From: Piromyces finnis finn
Lineage: Eukaryota; Fungi; Neocallimastigomycota
NCBI GenBank assembly: GCA_002104945.1
Contig: MCFH01000007.1
Coordinates: forward strand, 372,001 to 436,000
Reading direction: 5' to 3'
DNA: 64,000 nucleotides
The translations under genes were made by a program, and so were the position numbers. This document shows, piece after piece, positions 10,191 to 21,800 of this stretch (the first letter of the stretch is position 1; each line of letters opens with the position of its first letter). The notes under the pieces were generated by a model, which was given only the letters and a program-made list of their open reading frames with translations, did no database searches and was not told the DNA's origin.

Positions 10191-13100
10191 AAATCAAACC
10201 AATACTACTTTTGCTACAATATCAGTACCAGTAAATGAAGAAATTACTATTCCAGTAATAAGAAAAGCTAAAAAGAATACTGATATTAAACCATATAAAA
10301 GAACTACCAAAGAAAAATTAAGTGACAATCCACAACCAATTAGAGTTCCAAGTAATGAGACTAGAGAACCATTAAATAATACTTATGAAGATATAATTGA
10401 AGTTCCAAATAATGAAGTAGAAATGGAGACTGTAATTGAAAATGAAAATAATAATAATAATAATAATCTTAATAATAATTATAATAATAATATTAATAAT
10501 AATATGAGTATGAATAATGACACTAATATAAATAATAATGAAAGTAATAAAATAGATAATAACATTAATGATAATAATATTAATAATAACACTAATTCAA
10601 CAGAAGCATTAAAACAATTAGATCCTTCATTCATTAATCAACCCACTATAGATAAAGCTAAACGAAATAATAAAAAAGAACGAGAAAAGGAAATAATAGA
10701 ATTAGCAAAAGATATTGAACTTCCAAGTCAAAAAGAAAAAGATGTACCAAATGAAAAAGGTACAAAAAGATTAGTTATATCAGCAGATCAAGAAAAATAT
10801 AATATAACTAAAGATATAGGAGAAAAATTTGCAAATATAACAATAGGTCAACTACTTGAAATTAGTCCTAAATTAAAAACAGAACTTTCAAAAGCATTAA
10901 AATTTACTAAAATTATTGAGGATGAATCTACAATTCTTTCCACCATAAGAAAAGATAAAGTTGTGAAATCAAAATGCAAAATAGAAGGAATAGAAACTAC
11001 TGTATATTTGGATTCCTGTTCATCTATAAATATGATTACTAGAAAATTCTTATTAGAAAATAATATTCCATTAAAACCAGTTTCAAAAATTAGAGAAACT
11101 TTATATCAAGCTTATTCCAATACTACTATTGAGTCGCATCTATATGAAATTGAAATTACTATTGGTAATATAACATCTAAAGAAATATTTAGACTTATTG
11201 AAAAAGAAGATATATTCCAGGTCTTAATTGGTGTAGAAACTTTAGCTAATATGAAATTAATTATGGACTTTTCTGATCATACTTTATATCAGAAAACTGA
11301 TGATATTCACAAAATTGGATCTTTTGAAAGTATTAATGAAATGAATCAAACTAACTTAATAGAAGAATTTGATGAAGAAATTAATCAAGATGCATTAATA
11401 TATTACTTAACTAGTCAGAATGATAAATATCAAGATTTAGAAATTAAAACTACTAGTGATTCTAAATTACAACTTATTAATAAAATAGTTGATGAAACAC
11501 AAAAAGAAGCAAAAGACCAACTGAAGAATCTTTTAATAACTAATATAGATGTTCTAGCTAATGATACTGATGATTTGGGTAAATCAAAATTATTAGCTCA
11601 TGAAATTAAATTAAATCAAGATGATCCTATTAAACAGAAAATGTATCGTATTTCTAATAAAGAACATATGGAAATTCTAAAAGAAGAAATAGGAAAGCTT
11701 TTAAAGAATGATTTAATAGAACCATCACAATCATCTTGGTCTTCTCCAGTTTTATTAGTACCAAAAAAGAATGGAAAATGGAGGATGTGTGTAGATTATA
11801 GAAAATTAAATTCTATAACAATAAAAGATTCATATCCACTTCCATATATTAAGAAATATTATTTTCTATTGGTAATAATGTAAAATATTTATCTACATTG
11901 GATTTATTCTCTGGTTTTCATCAAATACCAATGAAGAAAGAAGATATTGATAAAACATGTTTTACAACAATATTTGGAAATTATAATTACAAAGTAATGC
12001 CTTTTGGTTTATGTAATGCTCCAGCAACCTTTCAAAGAGAAATGAACCGTATATTTCTACCACTTATTGGAAAATGTTTATTTGTTTATATGGATGACCT
12101 TTTAGTATTTTCTCCAAGTCTTGAACAACATATATTAGATCTTCAAAAGGTTTTTAATATAATAAAAGAAAATGGTATAAAAGCAAATCTTTCAAAATGT
12201 CATTTCTTAAAACAAGAAGTAGAGGTCCTTGGTCATATTCTATCAGTAGAAGGTGTCAAACCAGTTGAAAAGAAAATTGAAACTATTAAAAATTGGAAGT
12301 CACCAACAAACCTTACACAGCTAAGATCATTTTTAGGAGCTATAGGATATTACAGGAAGTTTATAAAAGATTTTGCCCAAATTGCTCATCCATTATTTAA
12401 ATTATTAAAAAAGGGTATGAAATTTGAATGGACATCTGAAACTGAACAAAGTTTCCAAATACTAAAAGAAAGACTGATTAAGTCTCCTATTTTAAAATAT
12501 CCTGACTATGATAAATATTTTATTATAAGAACTGATGCATCACTTAATGGTATTGGTGGTGTATTACTTCAAAAAGATGAAAATAATGTTGAACATCCAA
12601 TTCATTATGTTAGTAGGTCTTTAAATGATAGTGAAATTAATTATAGTATAACTGACTTAGAAGGAACCGCAGCTTTTTATTGTTGTAAGAAATTTAAATC
12701 TTATATAAGTGGGAATAAAGAAGAAACGATATTATATACTGACCATAAACCTTTAGTTGGCTTATTTAATAATAAAGAACCAAATAATGCTCGTCAAACA
12801 CGCTGGGTTACTACACTTAGTATGCTCAAGGTAAAAGTCAAATATGAACAAGGAAAGAAAAATGTAGTCGCTGATGCATTATCTAGACTAATACCAGACA
12901 ATAAAAATGATATAAAAATTTCACTAGCTACCTTTAATAATAATGATGGTGAAACTACTAAAAATAATATTTTAAATTCAAATAAAGATTTTTACTCTAA
13001 AAATAATGAAAATATAGTTTATTCTTGTAATTTTAATAATTCATGTATTAATGATAATGAAATAAATAAAAATAACAATATTAATCCTTATATTGATAAA

Positions 13101-14876
13101 AATATTGACCTTAATAAAAATTCTTGTGTTAATGAAAGTGTAAATTCAATTAAATATTCTAAACTTAATAATGTTGATTTAAATAATTATATCTCTACTA
13201 ATAATAATTCACATGGGAGTAAAAATATAAATATAAATTTTAAAAATGATATTGATAAAAGCAAGAATAATAATTATTTTAAAAATAATGAAATAAATGA
13301 ATTATCTGAATATAATAATGATATTGTTTATAATGAAGTAATGAATAGTGATATCAATGACTTAAATAACACTTGCTACTTAAATAATAAAATAGATATA
13401 AATAAAAATGATTTTCCTAAATTAAATGAAAATACTACAACTAACTATTATAATTCTAACATCCACAATAATAATAATCTTAATAAAATTCATTCATTTG
13501 AACCATCTAATATTTTTAATATTGATAAAAATAATTATTTTAATATAGAAAATAAAATAAAAATATCCTCCGTTTCATTTGAAAATGAAAAAGAAGAAGT
13601 ATTAGATAATGATACTGACTTAGAAGCTGTACTTGTAACTGAAGTAACTGATACATCTATTGGTACCACCAGTGAAAATAATTCTAATGAATATCCAGGA
13701 AGTAATAAAATTAAAGACTTTCTTAAAAAGAAAATTATCTTAATAAATGGAATAAAGTACTATAAAGATGGTGACAATATCAGAAAAGTTGTCGAAGATA
13801 AAGAAGAGAAAATAGAATTACTATTAGCTGCACATTCAATAGGTCATGAAGGATTTTATAAAACTTATAACCGATTAAAGAAAAATTATTATTGGAAAAA
13901 TATGTCTAAAGATGTAGAACTACTTGTAAAAACTTGCCATGATTGTCAATTAAAGAGACCTCAACCTATTAATAGTGGTACTGAATCATTTGCTACAAAA
14001 CCAGGTCTACCATTCACTAGAGTTGGTTTAGATATTATTGGACCACTACCAATAACTAAAAATAATAATAAATATATAATAGTACTTGTAGACTATTTTA
14101 CCAAATGGGTTGAAGCTGAACCACTAAAGTCAATTGAATCTACGGATGTTATAAAATTTCTTACAAATGTATTTTCTAGACATGGTACTCCGGAAATATT
14201 AATTACTGATAATGGTCCACAATTTACTTCTGATGCTACTAAAGGCTTCCTTGATTTATATGGTATATATGTTCAATATTCTAGCACTTATCATCCAGAA
14301 ACAAATGGGCAAGTAGAAAATCGTAATAGAGAAATTGTTAAAAATATTCGACTACTAGGAAACTCAAATAAAGAATGGGACGAAGTTCTACCATCTGCTC
14401 TATGGGCTCTACGTACTTGTAAAAATGAAGTAACAAAATTTTCTAGTTTTGAATTATTATATGGTCGTACTGACCTTCAACCATTTGAACTTATGATAGA
14501 ATATAATAATAAAAATGAATACGAAACTCCAGAAGAATATTTAATAAATAAATTTACTACACATTGGGAATGGATTATTGAAGTTACCAAAAATATTCAG
14601 AATGCTAATAAATTATGGGAAAATAGAAGAAAACAAAAAGCTTCAATGAATACTGCATTCTCAGCTGGTGATTTAGTACTTGTTAGAAATTTTTCAAGAA
14701 GAAAGTTAGATCCATTTTTCATGGGACCTTTCCGTATTATTAAAATGGAATTTAATACTGCTACATTATGTGACCCTATTAGTGGTGCAATAGCTGAAAG
14801 AAATGTTCATCAAAAGAATTTAGTTCATTATCATACTTGGCACAATGAGACTTCCAGGGACGAAGTCCAAACTTAA
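10165..14876 (+). pseudogene. pol: Pol of Gypsy copy 1, broken by a 1-nt deletion in RT
   Basis: Near-identical to copy 2 but lacks the G of ATT-GAA-GAA between 11850 and 11851, giving two ORFs (10165-11883 and 11898-14876). A sequencing error cannot be excluded. Confidence 0.85.
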
Positions 14877-14885
14877 GTGGGGGGA
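14875..14885 (+). promoter_or_regulatory. Polypurine tract of copy 1
   Basis: AAGTGGGGGGA ending 3 nt before LTR2; same motif at 23564-23574 before LTR3. Confidence 0.85.
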
Positions 14886-14888
14886 TCT

Positions 14889-15964
14889 TGATACGCTACT
14901 CACATAAAAACGTAATAAAAACTAGCCGAATAAACACGACTTAACCCATAGCGACTTATAATAAAAATAAAAGATAATAACCCTTAAAAATGAATAAATA
15001 ATAATTTTATGGAAATATAACCCTTTCTTTTAAATAAATAATATTCTCTTTATTAAATAATAAATTATGAATAAAAACGACTTAATAGAGATAATAATAA
15101 AATAAATTATTAAATAAAATAAAACGACTCAATCCAAAAATGTATTAAAATAATAAAATAATAATAAGTAAATAAAAATGAATAAATAAACTAAAAAAAT
15201 AAAATGATATACATTAAATTATTAATTCTAGTGTTTTATCCAAGTGTTCTTTAGAAATTCTTTCAAACTTATATATATAAATTAACAAATAAATAACTGA
15301 GTAATTATTACTAAAAGTGATTAATTTAAAGCCTGGAAATAGAACAATAATAACAATTTCAAAGATAAAATACAGAACTCTTTTATGTTTCTGTATAAAA
15401 TGAGTGTTTATAATAATTGATACTTTTAATATTTTAATTTCATTTTAATTTTATTTTAATATTATTTTAATTTTAAATTTTAATTATTTTATTCAAGGTA
15501 TTATACATTTAATGATAGTCAATGATAATTTATAATAATTTTTCTAAATTTAAACATTTTGAAGTAATAAGAAAATCAAATAAGTAATATTCTATAATAT
15601 TTTATAATACTAAGACATAATTTTAATTTATTCTTTTAATTTTAATAAATAATAACAATAGTAATAATAACATTTAATAGTTAAAAATAATAATACATGT
15701 AATAAATGAAAATGTATAAAAGGAAGATAAAATTCTTCTTTATAAAGGGGGGACAATAAATAGACAATAAATAAATTATAAATATAATAAAGAGATAATT
15801 TAAACATAATAAAAAGAGTTTATTTTCGAGTTTTTGAGTGATTTATTTGTTAATTATAAAACATATTTTATTTTATTTTAAATTTATTGTTTCATCATAA
15901 ATATTAGAATTTATTATTTATTAAAAATATTATATTATTCAAAAATATATCGGTCAACGCATCA
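14889..15964 (+). repeat. LTR2, shared central LTR (1076 bp)
   Basis: Same termini; flanked by a PPT on the left and a PBS (15973-15990) on the right. Confidence 0.95.
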
Positions 15965-16104
15965 TAAAATTTTGGTGGAGAATCCGGGCGTGACCAAAGA
16001 TATGAAAAAGAATAATATTAATAATAATACTAATAAATTCTAAGATATTAAGCGTTTATAAAAAAACAGTTTACACTTAATTTAATTTTATTATATATTC
16101 TTCT

Positions 16105-16136
<32 letters not shown>

Positions 16137-17362
16137 AAAAAAAAAAAATTTAATTATATATATAAAAGGAAATATATATAATTTTAAAATTATAAAAATT
16201 TTAATATTTCTAAAAAGGGTATTTAAGAAATTAAAGATTAAGTGATTAATAGTTAGTCATATACGTTACACAAGGAAGAAAATTTCTATAATTCCTATAA
16301 TCGTTTCCGTTCTTATTATTAATAAGGATAACTTAATCCATTCAGTTAGTTTGTTATATTTCTGATCTATCCAGGGGATCAGTGTGATAGTAAAAACTAG
16401 GAAAAAAGTTAATCCTTCTCAGCAGTTAATAATAAGATCATAATTTGAATTAAATATACAATTTTTATTTCTTAATTAAGAGAATAAATTAATTCACCAG
16501 TGCTTATTTGTAGAGGCGGCTGTTGAATGAAAAACTTCTTAGCTTAAGGCTACCTACATATTAAGCGAATAATTTATTTCAATATTCTTAATTATTGACT
16601 AAAAATTTTTTAATTTAAATTATAACAAAAAAAAAAAATAGTAAGTATATATTGGTTGTTGTTATATAATAGACTGAGTTCGAAATATAGCAATAATTAA
16701 AGCAATTATTATTTAGAGAGTAAGGCGGGTACACACTCAGCAAGAGGGAGTAGGTATACTAGACAGCCTTTATTTGATTCTCAAGTAAGAGAGTAGCAAG
16801 TTCGGCTGAAAATCCTGAGTAAGGAGCAGAACTTTGGAAGTGAAAATTTATCATTTAAAGGTGGGGGTTTAGTAGGGATCCGAAAGTCTTTATAGTCACT
16901 GTGCCTCGGGTGCCTAAAAATAAATAAATAATTGTAACAATATATATAAACTATTATAATTAAATTAAATAAAAAAAAATATACATATTCTTATAAATTC
17001 CTAATTGCAAAAAAAAAAAAAAAAAAAAAAAAAAATTATTCTTTCATTCTTCCTTGATCATTTAAAATTGAGAGTTAATAAATTGCATTTAAATTTATAA
17101 TTAGATATTATTCCGTAAAGCTTCTATTATTCCTGACTAATAATAATAATATAATATACTTTCTATAAAATACTTCTCCGATCTGATCTCATTCAATATT
17201 AAATTTCATTATTTATATAATTTTTATAATTTATATAATCCATATAATATATATAATTTATACAATATATATATAGATTTCTGTTGTATTACTTATTTTT
17301 TATTCTTTTATTTTTCTTTAATATACTTCTCAATTTCTAAATAATTTTCTTTAATTTTTTTT

Positions 17363-17401
<39 letters not shown>

Positions 17402-17635
17402 ATAAATTTTATATTATTTTATACTTTATCAATTTATCAATTATTTATATATTCAATTCTTTTCATTTTTAATTTTATAAATATTATTAATATTATTATA
17501 TTATTAAAGTTCAAAACACATATATATATATATAATATATAAATTCCAATTATTTTCTTTATTATCATTTATTTCAAATTAAATTATTCTTTTATTTTAA
17601 TTATTTTACCTTATAAGAAATTTATATATACAAAA

Positions 17636-18859
17636 ATGAAGATCAGTGAAATCACTAAAATGCTACCTAGAATTGGTAGTCAAGATAGGGATATCGAAAG
17701 CTGGGCTGAAGAATTCAGCAGAGTTATGGACCTATCTGACATCAATGATCCCAAAAAGATATTCGCTTGGGCAAAGGAATGTGTCCAAGGTAGATTAAAA
17801 GGAATCATTGATGACTTAAAAACAGAAAGTGATACTGGAACAAATTATCCTAGTATCGAAGATATTAAAGAGGCTATTGAAGAATACTTAGAAATCACGC
17901 CTCAAGAAAAATGCTTCAATGTTAAGTCTCTAAAAATTAGAAGAGGAGAAAGTATTAAGGATTTCAACTGGAGATACGGAAACTTATATAAAAATCTTAA
18001 TGTTGGATCCCAACTATTCGTTACTGTTAAGGATTATACTAATTCCATTATTTCTCGTCCTTTTATCAGAACTCAAGTAATCACTGCCCAACCTAAAGAT
18101 ATAGAAGCCGCTTTTAAGGTTGCCGAATTAGCTGAATCAGCAACTGAAGTTCCTCAGTATCATAATGTAAATATGTTTACTGATAACCAACCTTACTTTG
18201 ATCCATATCAAAACCAAAATTATAATCTATTTACTCAACATAGTGGTGGAACTAATTATAATTATTTTAATAATAATGATAGTCCATATACTTATAATGG
18301 ATACTACAATAATAACTATAATAATAATTATGATAATAATAATAATTATAATAATTATAATATGCGATTCAATGGAAACTATAATATGAGAAATCAACGT
18401 TTTAATAAGAGAAATAATTACAGAAATAATTACCCAAATAATTTCAATACTAATAATAATAGTTATAGTAACAATTATAATAATAATTATAACAATAATT
18501 ATAACAACTATCAAGGTGATCAAAATGCATATAATAATGGTTATAGTAAATACCCTTATAATTCTAGTACATTTAATAACAATAATTATTCCAATATGGA
18601 AGAAAATAAATCATATCAAAATTCCACTAATTATTCTAATAATGTTAATGCTAATAAAATGAATACTACTACTAATAAAGTTAATCAAACTACATCTCAA
18701 AGTCAAGTGAATATGTTTAACCAGTCTCAAAGAAATAAATGTTTTAGATGTCAACAAGTAGGCCACAAAATGCAAGATTGCAAATATACATTCCAAGAAC
18801 TTGCAGAAATGGAAAAACAAGGCCTTATAAACTCTAATCAAAATCATTTAAACTTATGA
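17636..18859 (+). CDS. gag: Gag of Gypsy copy 2, 407 aa
   Basis: Near-identical to copy 1 (I/M and R/K differences); CCHC knuckle. Frameshift heptamer at 18847-18853. Confidence 0.93.
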   Translation: MKISEITKMLPRIGSQDRDIESWAEEFSRVMDLSDINDPKKIFAWAKECVQGRLKGIIDDLKTESDTGTNYPSIEDIKEAIEEYLEITPQEKCFNVKSLKIRRGESIKDFNWRYGNLYKNLNVGSQLFVTVKDYTNSIISRPFIRTQVITAQPKDIEAAFKVAELAESATEVPQYHNVNMFTDNQPYFDPYQNQNYNLFTQHSGGTNYNYFNNNDSPYTYNGYYNNNYNNNYDNNNNYNNYNMRFNGNYNMRNQRFNKRNNYRNNYPNNFNTNNNSYSNNYNNNYNNNYNNYQGDQNAYNNGYSKYPYNSSTFNNNNYSNMEENKSYQNSTNYSNNVNANKMNTTTNKVNQTTSQSQVNMFNQSQRNKCFRCQQVGHKMQDCKYTFQELAEMEKQGLINSNQNHLNL

Positions 18860-21800
18860 GTGGGAGAAGGAATACTCCCATAAATCAAACCAATACTACT
18901 TTTGCTACAATATCAGTACCAGTAAATGAAGAAATTACTATTCCAGTAATAAGAAAAGCTAAAAAGAATACTGATATTAAACCATATAAAAGAACTACCA
19001 AAGAAAAATTAAGTGACAATCCACAACCAATTAGAGTTCCAAGTAATGAGACTAGAGAACCATTAAATAATACTTATGAAGATATAATTGAAGTTCCAAA
19101 TAATGAAGTAGAAATGGAGACTGTAATTGAAAATGAAAATAATAATAATAATAATCTTAATAATAATTATAATAATAATATTAATAATAATATGAGTATG
19201 AATAATGACACTAATATAAATAATAATGAAAGTAATAAAATAGATAATAACATTAATGATAATAATATTAATAATAACACTAATTCAACAGAAGCATTAA
19301 AACAATTAGATCCTTCATTCATTAATCAACCCACTATAGATAAAGCTAAACGAAATAATAAAAAAGAACGAGAAAAGGAAATAATAGAATTAGCAAAAGA
19401 GATTGAACTTCCAAGTCAAAAAGAAAAAGATGTACCAAATGAAAAAGGTACAAAAAGATTAGTTATATCAGCAGATCAAGAAAAATATAATATAACTAAA
19501 GATATAGGAGAAAAATTTGCAAATATAACAATAGGTCAACTACTTGAAATTAGTCCTAAATTAAAAACAGAACTTTCAAAAGCATTAAAATTTACTAAAA
19601 TTATTGAGGATGAATCTACAATTCTTTCCACCATAAGAAAAGATAAAGTTGTGAAATCAAAATGCAAAATAGAAGGAATAGAAACTACTGTATATTTGGA
19701 TTCCTGTTCATCTATAAATATGATTACTAGAAAATTCTTATTAGAAAATAATATTCCATTAAAACCAGTTTCAAAAATTAGAGAAACTTTATATCAAGCT
19801 TATTCCAATACTACTATTGAGTCGCATCTATATGAAATTGAAATTACTATTGGTAATATAACATCTAAAGAAATATTTAGACTTATTGAAAAAGAAGATA
19901 TATTCCAGGTCTTAATTGGTGTAGAAACTTTAGCTAATATGAAATTAATTATGGACTTTTCTGATCATACTTTATATCAGAAAACTGATGATATTCACAA
20001 AATTGGATCTTTTGAAAGTATTAATGAAATGAATCAAACTAACTTAATAGAAGAATTTGATGAAGAAATTAATCAAGATGCATTAATATATTACTTAACT
20101 AGTCAGAATGATAAATATCAAGATTTAGAAATTAAAACTACTAGTGATTCTAAATTACAACTTATTAATAAAATAGTTGATGAAACACAAAAAGAAGCAA
20201 AAGACCAACTGAAGAATCTTTTAATAACTAATATAGATGTTCTAGCTAATGATACTGATGATTTGGGTAAATCAAAATTATTAGCTCATGAAATTAAATT
20301 AAATCAAGATGATCCTATTAAACAGAAAATGTATCGTATTTCTAATAAAGAACATATGGAAATTCTAAAAGAAGAAATAGGAAAGCTTTTAAAGAATGAT
20401 TTAATAGAACCATCACAATCATCTTGGTCTTCTCCAGTTTTATTAGTACCAAAAAAGAATGGAAAATGGAGGATGTGTGTAGATTATAGAAAATTAAATT
20501 CTATAACAATAAAAGATTCATATCCACTTCCATATATTGAAGAAATATTATTTTCTATTGGTAATAATGTAAAATATTTATCTACATTGGATTTATTCTC
20601 TGGTTTTCATCAAATACCAATGAAGAAAGAAGATATTGATAAAACATGTTTTACAACAATATTTGGAAATTATAATTACAAAGTAATGCCTTTTGGTTTA
20701 TGTAATGCTCCAGCAACCTTTCAAAGAGAAATGAACCGTATATTTCTACCACTTATTGGAAAATGTTTATTTGTTTATATGGATGACCTTTTAGTATTTT
20801 CTCCAAGTCTTGAACAACATATATTAGATCTTCAAAAGGTTTTTAATATAATAAAAGAAAATGGTATAAAAGCAAATCTTTCAAAATGTCATTTCTTAAA
20901 ACAAGAAGTAGAGGTCCTTGGTCATATTCTATCAGTAGAAGGTGTCAAACCAGTTGAAAAGAAAATTGAAACTATTAAAAATTGGAAGTCACCAACAAAC
21001 CTTACACAGCTAAGATCATTTTTAGGAGCTATAGGATATTACAGGAAGTTTATAAAAGATTTTGCCCAAATTGCTCATCCATTATTTAAATTATTAAAAA
21101 AGGGTATGAAATTTGAATGGACATCTGAAACTGAACAAAGTTTCCAAATACTAAAAGAAAGACTGATTAAGTCTCCTATTTTAAAATATCCTGACTATGA
21201 TAAATATTTTATTATAAGAACTGATGCATCACTTAATGGTATTGGTGGTGTATTACTTCAAAAAGATGAAAATAATGTTGAACATCCAATTCATTATGTT
21301 AGTAGGTCTTTAAATGATAGTGAAATTAATTATAGTATAACTGACTTAGAAGGAACCGCAGCTTTTTATTGTTGTAAGAAATTTAAATCTTATATAAGTG
21401 GGAATAAAGAAGAAACGATATTATATACTGACCATAAACCTTTAGTTGGCTTATTTAATAATAAAGAACCAAATAATGCTCGTCAAACACGCTGGGTTAC
21501 TACACTTAGTATGCTCAAGGTAAAAGTCAAATATGAACAAGGAAAGAAAAATGTAGTCGCTGATGCATTATCTAGACTAATACCAGACAATAAAAATGAT
21601 ATAAAAATTTCACTAGCTACCTTTAATAATAATGATGGTGAAACTACTAAAAATAATATTTTAAATTCAAATAAAGATTTTTACTCTAAAAATAATGAAA
21701 ATATAGTTTATTCTTGTAATTTTAATAATTCATGTATTAATGATAATGAAATAAATAAAAATAACAATATTAATCCTTATATTGATAAAAATATTGACTT

